A stretch of DNA of 36,905 nt, from contig JBGSPT010000309.1 of the NCBI GenBank assembly GCA_041738475.1, forward strand, positions 1-36,905, read 5' to 3'. Below the pieces are notes generated by a model. It was not told the DNA's origin and did not search any database. It saw only the letters and a list, made by a program, of their open reading frames with translations. This DNA is from Treponematales bacterium (GTDB lineage Bacteria; Spirochaetota; Spirochaetia; Treponematales; UBA12059). Position 1 is the first letter of the stretch. Each line of letters opens with the position of its first letter. Position numbers and translations under genes: made by a program. Below, piece after piece: positions 27,666-35,188 of the stretch.

Positions 27666-28336
27666 AGGGTTTTCAGCTCCCTGAGGGTGCGTACATGTTC
27701 CTGGACCTCTCGTTCCTCGGGAGCGCCTTTCAGGGCTCGCTCCAGCCAGGTCTCGGCCTCGTCGAAGAATCCGAGCTTGAGGTACACCCAGCCCAGACTG
27801 TCCTGGTAGGCGGGATTGTTCGGCCGGGCCTCCACGGCCTTGCGGCAGCAGGAAAGGGCCCGGGTCAGGTCGTCTCCCCGGTAGGCAAGGACATAGCCGA
27901 GACCGTTCAGGGATGTCGGATGGGAGGGTTCGAGGTCCAGGGCCCGGCCGTACCATTCGAGGCTATCGTCGATGTTGCCCTGGATCCAGGCGGTATATCC
28001 CAGGGCGGCGCAGATCTGGGCGGACTCGTATCCCGATTCCCTCAGCCTGGCGAGTTCGTATTCCGCCAGCTTCGCCCTGCCCGTGACCGCGTAGATGTAG
28101 GCAAGCGCCATACGGCATTGGTACAGCCGGGCGGGGTCGGTTTCCGCGGTTACGACCTGCTCCAGATACAGGAGGGCTTCGTCCCAATTACCCAGCCGGA
28201 CCTGGCACAATCCGAGAAGGTAGGCGGAGTCCGCGAATTCCTCCTCGGAGAGCCGGGCGTCCGAGAGGATCCGAAGGGCACCCTCCCAATCGCCGTCCGA
28301 GTAGGATTGCAGGGCATCCCGGATCTCGCTGCGCAC
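27662..28336 (-). CDS. Tetratricopeptide repeat protein
   Basis: TPRs (AYLLGLCQVRLG, SLNGLGYVLA, AYQDSLGWVYLKLG). Likely start GTG 28336 after AAGGCGG; the ORF-track extension overlaps surE. Confidence 0.85.
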   Translation of the reverse strand: MRSEIRDALQSYSDGDWEGALRILSDARLSEEEFADSAYLLGLCQVRLGNWDEALLYLEQVVTAETDPARLYQCRMALAYIYAVTGRAKLAEYELARLRESGYESAQICAALGYTAWIQGNIDDSLEWYGRALDLEPSHPTSLNGLGYVLAYRGDDLTRALSCCRKAVEARPNNPAYQDSLGWVYLKLGFFDEAETWLERALKGAPEEREVQEHVRTLRELKTL

Positions 28337-28362
28337 CTGGTCCGCCTTTCTACCCGCGTCCG

Positions 28363-29100
28363 CTACGGGAACATCCCGCCGGTCGGAAAATCCGCGGGAA
28401 CCTGGGGATTCACCAGCACCTTCGAGACGGCGATGCGCCCGGAGTCGACAACCTTGGTGTCCGCGAACTCTTCGACGCCGTCGTCTATGGCCTCGCCGGT
28501 GAGGAAGCAATAGGTATAACCGTCCGGGGCTTCGAAGGAGTGGAGAGCATCCCGGTAGGTCCTGGTTCCCGGCAGGGCGAACACGGATCCACGGGTGTCC
28601 GCGTCCGGGAGCGGCGGCACGTTGACGTTGACGAAGACCGTCTCGTCCCAAGCGGCCCTGAGCGCATCAAGGTTGGCCCGGATGAAACGGGCCGCGGGAC
28701 GGAAATCGAAGGGGGGGGCGTACGCGGCCAAGGACACCGCTATGCCCGGGATTCCGTAGAGTGCCGCCTGGCGTGCGGCCGCCGCGGTACCGGAAAACAC
28801 GATGTCCGTACCGAGGTTCGGCCCTCGGTTTATCCCGGATACCACCATGTCCGGACGGAACGGGAGCGCCCCTCGGAATGCCAGGATGACGCAGTCCGCG
28901 GGCATCCCGCTGCACGTGAAGGTCCTCGCGTCCAAGGCGCGGACCTTGCCGGGGGATCTCAGGGTCATGGAATGGCTGGAGCCGGACCGGTCCCCGTCGG
29001 GAGCGAAGACCCATACCTCGTGGTCCTTGGATAGTTCCTCCGCAAGGACTTGTATCCCCTCGCAGTGTATGCCGTCGTCGTTGGTCACGAGGATTTTCAT
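28363..29100 (-). CDS. surE: 5'/3'-nucleotidase SurE
   Basis: MKILVTNDDG, SGSSHS, G.PADCV, SGINRGPNLG, SGTAAAA. Confidence 0.96.
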   Translation of the reverse strand: MKILVTNDDGIHCEGIQVLAEELSKDHEVWVFAPDGDRSGSSHSMTLRSPGKVRALDARTFTCSGMPADCVILAFRGALPFRPDMVVSGINRGPNLGTDIVFSGTAAAARQAALYGIPGIAVSLAAYAPPFDFRPAARFIRANLDALRAAWDETVFVNVNVPPLPDADTRGSVFALPGTRTYRDALHSFEAPDGYTYCFLTGEAIDDGVEEFADTKVVDSGRIAVSKVLVNPQVPADFPTGGMFP

Positions 29101-29153
29101 GGTTTTGACAAGGGCCCCCTCCCGCGTCCCGTCAGGTTGACCCTGACAAGGCG

Positions 29154-29182
29154 ATTGTAGCGGAAGCCGGATAAGGATTCAA
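29154..29182 (-). promoter_or_regulatory. sigma70 promoter for surE
   Basis: On the minus strand: TTGAAT (29182-29177), 17 nt, TACAAT (29159-29154). The -35 box overlaps the upstream gene's TGA stop. Confidence 0.7.
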
Positions 29183-30324
29183 CCTTGGAGCTCGATGCCG
29201 CCGGAGACGGCGGTTTCGTATATCGCGGCCTTAAAACCGAAGATCCGTTCGTATTCCTCGAGGCGGCCTTTGTATTCTTCCACCGCGGATCTGCTCATGA
29301 TTGAGATCGTGCAGCCACCGAAACCCTTTCCTGTCAACCGGCTGCAGAGCGTCCCCTCTATCTCGGAGCTCCTCTTGACCAGCCAGTCCACCTCGGGGCA
29401 GGAGACTTCCAGCAGGTTGCGAAGCCCTGCCTGGGACTTGTTCACGATCCGGCCGAAGCCGGCCAAGTCGCCCCGGGCCAGGAGGTCCTCGGCCTCGGAA
29501 ACCCGGCGGACTTCCTCCAATATGAAGAGACAGCGCCTGCGGATGCTCTCGGGAAGCTCGCCCATGAGCTCGTCCAGGTCCTCGGGGGTGTAATCCCTGA
29601 GGGTTTTCCCGGGATGCCGGCGGCCGAGTAGATGAAGGCACTGCCGGCAGTCTTCCCCGCGCTGACGGAGTTCGGCATCCACGGAAAACCGGGGAACCCG
29701 GGAATCCGTGACCAGCGCCACGGACTGTCCGATGTCGAAGGGCACCAGGCGCGGGCGCCCGTTGCGTGCATCCACCGAAACGGCCGTTCCGGGCCTGGAA
29801 ACCACGGGAACTACATGTTCCGCTGGGCCGAACTGCCTTCCGCAGAACTCGGATTCCGCGGTCCTGCAAAGCTCCACGATCCCGTCATTGCCTAGACTCT
29901 TACCGAGGGCGGAGGAAAAGGCGGCCGCCGCGGCCACCACGAAGGACGCGGAGGACCCTAGACCAATGCCCTGGGGGATGTCCCCGGATACGGTGACGTT
30001 GAATCCCTTGGAAGGGGTTCCCTGGTCGAAGAGGGCTGCGAGGATTCCCTTGGGGAGGTTGGCCCAGCGGTCCTCCCTCTTGAACTTGAGGTTCGCCAGG
30101 CTGGTCCGCTTCCGCTCGTTCAAATCCGCGGCGTAGAACCGGAGGGACGGGTCGCGGCGCGGAGAAACGGCCACCGCTATGCGCTGGGAGACGGCGATGG
30201 AGAGGACCACGCCTTCCGAGTCCTCCGTATGCTCTCCAAGAAAACGAATCGTGCCCGGTGCGGACGCGATAACCTCGGGAGGGGCTTCAAACTCCTGGGT
30301 GTGGAGTTCAGCGATATCCTTCAT
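29179..30324 (-). CDS. Galactokinase-like GHMP kinase (divergent active site)
   Basis: APG....GEHT, PQGIGLGSSAS (GHMP ATP loop), EVSCPEVD and RLTGKGFGGC. Several canonical GalK residues are substituted, so no gene symbol is given. Confidence 0.85.
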   Translation of the reverse strand: MKDIAELHTQEFEAPPEVIASAPGTIRFLGEHTEDSEGVVLSIAVSQRIAVAVSPRRDPSLRFYAADLNERKRTSLANLKFKREDRWANLPKGILAALFDQGTPSKGFNVTVSGDIPQGIGLGSSASFVVAAAAAFSSALGKSLGNDGIVELCRTAESEFCGRQFGPAEHVVPVVSRPGTAVSVDARNGRPRLVPFDIGQSVALVTDSRVPRFSVDAELRQRGEDCRQCLHLLGRRHPGKTLRDYTPEDLDELMGELPESIRRRCLFILEEVRRVSEAEDLLARGDLAGFGRIVNKSQAGLRNLLEVSCPEVDWLVKRSSEIEGTLCSRLTGKGFGGCTISIMSRSAVEEYKGRLEEYERIFGFKAAIYETAVSGGIELQG

Positions 30325-30367
30325 CGACCAGCCTTGCTATCGAAAGAATTAGTCATTCGGCGACCCC

Positions 30368-30396
30368 ATGATATACTATGAACGGCTAAGGTTCAA
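30368..30396 (-). promoter_or_regulatory. sigma70 promoter for the GalK-like gene
   Basis: On the minus strand: TTGAAC (30396-30391), 17 nt, TATCAT (30373-30368). Confidence 0.6.
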
Positions 30397-30466
30397 ACGA
30401 AAAATTCGCCAAACTACGGCCCCGGGGCCGGAACCCGCCGGATTCCTCCAATTCGGCGCCTCTTCT

Positions 30467-30495
30467 TTGACAATTCCCATAGTCGGAAGTAGAAT
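30467..30495 (+). promoter_or_regulatory. Near-consensus sigma70 promoter for the lipoprotein-HEAT operon
   Basis: TTGACA (30467-30472), 17 nt, TAGAAT (30490-30495). Confidence 0.8.
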
Positions 30496-30501
30496 CTCAG
30501 C

Positions 30502-31047
30502 ATGCGACCCGTACCGTACACCCTTGCAGCCGCGGTCCTGGCGGCTTTACTTGCCTCTTGCGCGGGGACACCTGAAGAATCCATGGGCCCTCAACCGGAG
30601 CCTCCGGCCTCCACCGTGGAGACCGTCCAAACGAACCCCGCTCCCGCCTTCGACCCGGCCAGCATCTCCCCTGAGGTGAAGCGGGACACGATGGAGGTCG
30701 TCAAGTCCTTTATCAACGAATTGAACCAGGTCATCCGTCAGAAGGATTATACGACCTGGAGGGGATACCTTACCGCGGACTACTCCACCTTCTATTCGGC
30801 CCCTTCGGTTCTTGCGGAGATGTCGGATTCCGCGGTCCTGAAACGCCAGGGGATCAAACTCGAATCCCTGCAGGATTATTTCTTGTACGTCGTCTATCCA
30901 TCCCGGCAAAGCGTCCGGGTGGACGACATCGAGTTCACCAGCCCGACCCAGGTCAAGGCCGTGACCGTTACCCCCTCGGGGGATCGACAAGTGTATTACT
31001 ACCTTGAAAAAGTAGGCGAATCGTGGAAAATTGGTACCGGGAGGTAA
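30502..31047 (+). CDS. Hypothetical lipoprotein
   Basis: Signal peptide with lipobox LLASC (Cys20), a Pro-rich linker and a globular C-terminal domain. Confidence 0.82.
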   Translation: MRPVPYTLAAAVLAALLASCAGTPEESMGPQPEPPASTVETVQTNPAPAFDPASISPEVKRDTMEVVKSFINELNQVIRQKDYTTWRGYLTADYSTFYSAPSVLAEMSDSAVLKRQGIKLESLQDYFLYVVYPSRQSVRVDDIEFTSPTQVKAVTVTPSGDRQVYYYLEKVGESWKIGTGR

Positions 31048-31775
31048 TGATGCGTTCATTGCGTTCGGCGGCCCTGGCCGCGTTTCTCGTTGCAGCCCTG
31101 GCGGGCGTAGCCGCCCAAACGACGGGGTCCGGGGAGAAGACCGTGGAGGAGGCGTACCTCCAGGAAACCCTCGAAACCATGATCATCAAGGAGCAGGCCC
31201 GGGGAGACACCCGGGACCTCAAGCTGCTCGCCCTCCAGTACATCAAGCAGTCCATCGACGAGGGACGCAAGAACGAGGAAGTCCGTAAATCCCTCGAATA
31301 CCTCGCCCTGGAAACCTCGACCACCGTGATCCGGGAAGCCGGCGTCGGCCGGATCATAAACGACTACCCGGATGTTCGAGCCAAGGCCTGCGAATACCTG
31401 GCGGAATTCCCCACCGTGGAGACCAAGGACACCCTCCTGCGCGTCGCCCTCTCCGACCGGGAACCCATGGTCATCAGCGCGGCGATACGGTCCCTGGGCA
31501 AGATCGGGATCAACGACAACGACGAGGTGACCCAGACGATTTCCTTCATCGTCAACAAGTACGACATCCTCCAGCCCGACAATAGCCTGGCGTTCGAGAC
31601 CCTCGTGGCGATCGAACGGCTGGTGGACGCCGGAACCGGAATCAAGGATACCTCCATCATCCGGACCGTGCTTCGGATCGCGGACGGAAACTACATCATC
31701 CCGGTCAAGCAGAAGGCCCGCCAGGTCCTGGACAAGCTTCGCAAGTCCGCGGCGAGTTCCTCGGGCGGGAAGTAA
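31047..31775 (+). CDS. Exported HEAT-repeat protein
   Basis: TAATG overlap with the upstream gene and SD GGAGGT (start 31047 or 31050). Signal peptide, then HEAT-like repeats (PDVRAKACEYLAEF, EPMVISAAIRSLGKIG). Confidence 0.85.
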   Translation: MMRSLRSAALAAFLVAALAGVAAQTTGSGEKTVEEAYLQETLETMIIKEQARGDTRDLKLLALQYIKQSIDEGRKNEEVRKSLEYLALETSTTVIREAGVGRIINDYPDVRAKACEYLAEFPTVETKDTLLRVALSDREPMVISAAIRSLGKIGINDNDEVTQTISFIVNKYDILQPDNSLAFETLVAIERLVDAGTGIKDTSIIRTVLRIADGNYIIPVKQKARQVLDKLRKSAASSSGGK

Positions 31776-31842
31776 GTCCTCCGATCCACTTTTCAACGCA
31801 GGGGCGGCCGAATCTCCGAGGGACCCGGCCGTCCCGGTTCTC

Positions 31843-31872
31843 TTGACATCCCCGGAACTTCCGACATAGGAT
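31843..31872 (+). promoter_or_regulatory. sigma70 promoter for tRNA-Arg
   Basis: TTGACA (31843-31848), 18 nt, TAGGAT (31867-31872). Confidence 0.7.
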
Positions 31873-31878
31873 GTCCCC

Positions 31879-31952
31879 GAGCGATTAGCTCAGCTGGATA
31901 GAGCGTCGGCCTCCGGAGCCGAAGGTCATGGGTTCGAATCCCGTATCGCTCA
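31879..31952 (+). tRNA. tRNA-Arg (CCG)
   Basis: GAGCGATTAGCTCAGCTGGATAGAGCGTCGGCCTCCGGAGCCGAAGGTCATGGGTTCGAATCCCGTATCGCTCA; full cloverleaf. Confidence 0.97.
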
Positions 31953-31957
31953 TGGGC

Positions 31958-31992
31958 GGCTTCCTGGGGCAAGGCTCCCGGAAGCCTTTTTT
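31958..31992 (+). terminator. Terminator after tRNA-Arg
   Basis: GGCTTCC.GGGGC-AAG-GCTCC.GGAAGCC stem followed by TTTTTT. Confidence 0.75.
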
Positions 31993-31995
31993 ATT

Positions 31996-32580
31996 ATGGA
32001 AACAATTCTTCTCGCATCGGGATCCCCGCGCCGCCGCGAGATCCTTGAGACATACGGATTTCCCCTCCTGATCCGGCCTACGGACACGGACGAGACCCTG
32101 CGGGACCGCCTCCCCGCGGGGGAACGGGTTCGAGCCCTCGCCCTGGACAAGACGGAGGCCGCACTGGCCGCGGTCCGGAACGGGGATCCCCGCTGGATTC
32201 TCGCCGCGGACACCCTGGTTTCCGTTGGCGGGAGGGTCCTGGGCAAGGCCCGTGACCGAAGTGAAGCCCGGGACTTCCTCCGCTCCCTTTCCGGAATCTC
32301 CCACCTTGTATCTACGGCCCTTGCCCTAACAGACCGCTTGGACGGGACCACGAGGTCGATCCTGGAGGAGACGGAAGTCCTGTTCGCCCGGCTCTCGGAT
32401 ACGGAGATCGAGTCCTATCTGGATACCGGGGAATGGGAGGGAGCCGCCGGGGCCTACCGCATACAGGGGCGGGCGGCCTTCCTCGTGGAGCGGGTGACCG
32501 GATCCTGGTCCTGCGTGGTGGGCTTGCCTCTCCGGTCGTTTTATGTCATCCTTCGGGACAGCGGATACCCGTTGAAGTAG
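31996..32580 (+). CDS. maf: Maf family nucleoside triphosphate pyrophosphatase (YhdE-type)
   Basis: ILASGSPRRREIL, AADTLV, LGK, AGAYRIQG, VVGLPL. Confidence 0.93.
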   Translation: METILLASGSPRRREILETYGFPLLIRPTDTDETLRDRLPAGERVRALALDKTEAALAAVRNGDPRWILAADTLVSVGGRVLGKARDRSEARDFLRSLSGISHLVSTALALTDRLDGTTRSILEETEVLFARLSDTEIESYLDTGEWEGAAGAYRIQGRAAFLVERVTGSWSCVVGLPLRSFYVILRDSGYPLK

Positions 32581-32633
32581 CCGCCCGGTACGCTCCGGAG
32601 CCCTAGGCTTCCCGGTGTATATCGGAATCTTCC

Positions 32634-32705
32634 GCCGTCCCCCGGGACGGTGAGAATCAGAGAAGGGGGCCGTACTACGCGTACGGCCGTCGGTAGGAGG
32701 ATCTC
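32634..32705 (+). promoter_or_regulatory. Structured rpsB leader (candidate S2 autoregulatory RNA)
   Basis: Two hairpins, CCGTCC-cccg-GGACGG (32635-32650) and GGCCGTAC-tacgc-GTACGGCC (32668-32688), sit just before SD AGGAGG and a TTG start. Confidence 0.45.
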
Positions 32706-33590
32706 TTGGCCGTCGTAACGATGAAGAATCTCCTTGAATCCGGTGTCCATTTCGGCCACCAGGTCAAGCGCTGGGATCCGCGGATGAAGAAATTCATCTT
32801 CGCGGAGCGCAACGGCATCCACATCATCGACCTGCAGAAAACCATCCAGTCCATCAAAGAAGCCTACGAGGCGGTGCGAAAGTGCGTGGCCACCGGCAAG
32901 AGCGTGCTCTTCGTGGGTACCAAGAAGCAGGCCCAGCAGGCCATCCAGAAGGAAGCCGAACGTTGCGGCATGTTCTTCGTGAACAACCGCTGGCTGGGCG
33001 GCATGCTCACCAATTTCTCCACCATCAAGAAATCCATCCTCCGGCTCAAGAAGATCGAGAAGATGGAGGTGGACGGCACCTTCGAGAACCTGACCAAGAA
33101 GGAAATCGCAGGCCTCCAGAAGGAAAAGATCAAGCTGGAGAAAAACCTCGGCGGGATCAAGGAGATGAAGGACCTGCCGGGTATCCTCTTCGTGATCGAC
33201 ACCCGGAAAGAGGCTATCGCCGTTGCTGAGGCCCAGAGGTTGGGCGTGCCCATCGTCGCCATCGTCGACACGAACTGTAACCCCGAGGGCATCACCTACC
33301 CCATTCCGGGCAACGACGACGCGATCCGCTCCATCTCCCTGTTCACCCAGATTATAGCCAACGCCGTGGTCGAGGCGGACAACGAGACGGGCCTCAAGAT
33401 CATCGAGAACCTCCAGGAGGAGGAGGAGACGGTCGAAGAAGTCCGGACCGACGCCCGTCAGGCGGAGGAGGAGGTCGAGATCGACATCTCCACCTACACT
33501 CCCGAGGAAAAGCCCGCCGTCGTCGAGGAAAAGACCGAAGAGCCGGCTCCGGCCGTCGCCATCAACGAAGACAAGCTCTACGACCGGTAA
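32706..33590 (+). CDS. rpsB: 30S ribosomal protein S2 (acidic C-terminal extension)
   Basis: [39 protein letters not shown] start after AGGAGG. Confidence 0.98.
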   Translation: MAVVTMKNLLESGVHFGHQVKRWDPRMKKFIFAERNGIHIIDLQKTIQSIKEAYEAVRKCVATGKSVLFVGTKKQAQQAIQKEAERCGMFFVNNRWLGGMLTNFSTIKKSILRLKKIEKMEVDGTFENLTKKEIAGLQKEKIKLEKNLGGIKEMKDLPGILFVIDTRKEAIAVAEAQRLGVPIVAIVDTNCNPEGITYPIPGNDDAIRSISLFTQIIANAVVEADNETGLKIIENLQEEEETVEEVRTDARQAEEEVEIDISTYTPEEKPAVVEEKTEEPAPAVAINEDKLYDR

Positions 33591-33611
33591 CCTAGCTGCA
33601 AGGAGTACGAA

Positions 33612-34454
33612 ATGGAGATCAAGGCTCAGGATATAAAGACCCTCCGGGAGAAGACCGGGGCTGGGATGATGGACTGCAAGAAAGCCCTGACGGAGGCGGG
33701 CGGAGATCCCGCGGCCGCCGAAAAACTCATTAAGGAGTGGGGGCTGGCGGGAGTCGAGAAACGTTCCGGACGGGCTACCAACGAAGGGCGGGTGTTCATC
33801 AAGGACGAAGGAGGCAAGGTCGCCATGGTCGAGGTGGCCTGCGAGACGGACTTCGTGGCCCGCAACGAGGATTTCATCAAGTCCGGCGCCGTTTTGGCGG
33901 CCCTGGCCCACAAGAAGGAAGCCTCCGCTCCGGACGCCGAGATGGAAACCATGATCCGCGACATGGCCAGCGTGATCAAGGAGAACATCGCGTTGAAACG
34001 CGTGACCTGCGTCAAGGCCGGCCCCGGGGAGGTCCTGCACACCTATATCCACGGCGAGGGCACCCTCGGCGTGGTCGTGAAGGCCAAGACGGACAAGCCT
34101 GAAGACCCCGGAGTCAAGGCCTTCATCCACGACACCGCCCTCCATATCGCGGCCTTCCGCCCCCTGTTCCTGGACCGCGGCCGGGTCGATGCCGCCTACC
34201 TGGCGGAGCAGGAAGAGATCTTCCAGAAGCAGATCGAGGGCGACGAAAAGATGAAGGGCAAGCCGGCCAACGTCCTCGAGGGGATCGTCAAGGGCAAGAT
34301 GAACAAGCTTATGGCCGAGATCTGCCTCATGGATCAGGGCTTCGTGAAGGACGAGAAGCAGTCCGTGGCCAAGGTCATGGCGGACGTGGCCAAGGCGGCC
34401 GGAGCCTCCCTGGGCATCGTCGAGTACGTAGTCTTCCGGGTGGGAGAGAACTGA
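33612..34454 (+). CDS. tsf: Elongation factor Ts
   Basis: LREKTGAGMMDCKKAL, EVACETDFVA, GKPANVLEGIVKGK. Confidence 0.98.
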   Translation: MEIKAQDIKTLREKTGAGMMDCKKALTEAGGDPAAAEKLIKEWGLAGVEKRSGRATNEGRVFIKDEGGKVAMVEVACETDFVARNEDFIKSGAVLAALAHKKEASAPDAEMETMIRDMASVIKENIALKRVTCVKAGPGEVLHTYIHGEGTLGVVVKAKTDKPEDPGVKAFIHDTALHIAAFRPLFLDRGRVDAAYLAEQEEIFQKQIEGDEKMKGKPANVLEGIVKGKMNKLMAEICLMDQGFVKDEKQSVAKVMADVAKAAGASLGIVEYVVFRVGEN

Positions 34455-34464
34455 GATAGAATCC

Positions 34465-34501
34465 GGGGTGTCCAATAAGTCGGTTATTTATTGGACACCC
34501 C
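34465..34501. repeat. Long palindrome 1 (REP/MITE-like, possible terminator)
   Basis: GGGGTGTCCAATAA (34465-34478) / TTATTGGACACCCC (34488-34501) form a perfect 14-bp inverted repeat. Confidence 0.85.
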
Positions 34502-34555
34502 TTGCAGTTTCAGACGATCGATCAGAGAACGTTTGAAACTTCTACGCTGAAACGG

Positions 34556-34591
34556 GCTGTCCCAAAAAGCTAACTGAGCTTTTTGGACAGC
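34556..34591. repeat. Long palindrome 2 (related to palindrome 1)
   Basis: GCTGTCCCAAAAAGCT-aactg-AGCTTTTTGGACAGC gives a 15-bp stem with one bulged C. Confidence 0.85.
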
Positions 34592-34634
34592 TATCGTATG
34601 GATCGTCACGGAACCGGCTGGTCTGGGAGGTATC

Positions 34635-35186
34635 ATGGACGAGGTAAAGGCTTCCTGCGAGGATAGGATGCGCAAGGCCGTCGGGGCGCTCAAGGACGAC
34701 TACAACGGACTCCGTACCGGTCGAGCCTCCCCCGCCTTGCTGGACAAGATCCGGGTTGACTACTACGGAGAAAAGACTCCCATACCCCAGGTGGCCACGG
34801 TCTCCGTGCCCGAAGCCCGTCTCATCGTCATCCAGCCCTGGGACAGGTCCCAGATCTCGGAGATCGAGAAGGCCGTCCGAACTTCGGAGCTCTCCCTGAA
34901 TCCTTCCAACGACGGCAAGGTGATCCGCATCGCCATCCCGCCCCTGACGGAGGAACGGCGCAAGGACCTGGCCAAGACCGCCAAGAACATGGCGGAGAAT
35001 TGCAGGGTATCCATCCGAAACATTCGCCGGGACGGAATCGAGACTTTGAAGAAGCATAAGCCCGACGGTTCCTCCGAGGACGACCTGAAGAAGGCGGAAG
35101 AAGACCTCCAGAAGCTGACGGACGCGTACATCGCCCAGGCGAACAAGGTCCTGGAGGAAAAGGAAAAGGAAATCCTGGAAGTCTGA
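34635..35186 (+). CDS. frr: Ribosome recycling factor
   Basis: LRTGRASPALLD, IQPWD, LNPSNDG, IPPLTEERRKDL, IRNIRRD. SD GGAGGT. Confidence 0.98.
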   Translation: MDEVKASCEDRMRKAVGALKDDYNGLRTGRASPALLDKIRVDYYGEKTPIPQVATVSVPEARLIVIQPWDRSQISEIEKAVRTSELSLNPSNDGKVIRIAIPPLTEERRKDLAKTAKNMAENCRVSIRNIRRDGIETLKKHKPDGSSEDDLKKAEEDLQKLTDAYIAQANKVLEEKEKEILEV

Positions 35187-35188
35187 GC

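Noticed and set aside
29104-29151. TGACAAGG repeated twice and a small GTCAGG/CCTGAC hairpin in the surE leader
   Set aside because: Too short to distinguish from chance without comparative data.
30368-30679. 103-aa plus-strand ORF in the divergent promoter region
   Set aside because: It overlaps two promoters and the lipoprotein gene in another frame, and has no motif.
31801-31834. GGGGCGGCCG/CGGCCGTCCC hairpin after the HEAT gene
   Set aside because: It has a large loop and no adjacent U-tract. It may be a weak terminator but is not supportable as a feature.
34455-34634. CRISPR mini-array or integron attC site in the tsf-frr spacer; also the 69-aa ORF 34484-34693
   Set aside because: The two palindromes are not identical direct repeats and there are no cas genes. 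The inner stem runs GTT...AAC, the reverse of the attC RYYYAAC...GTTRRRY layout. The ORF overlaps frr antisense and does not resemble PyrH.
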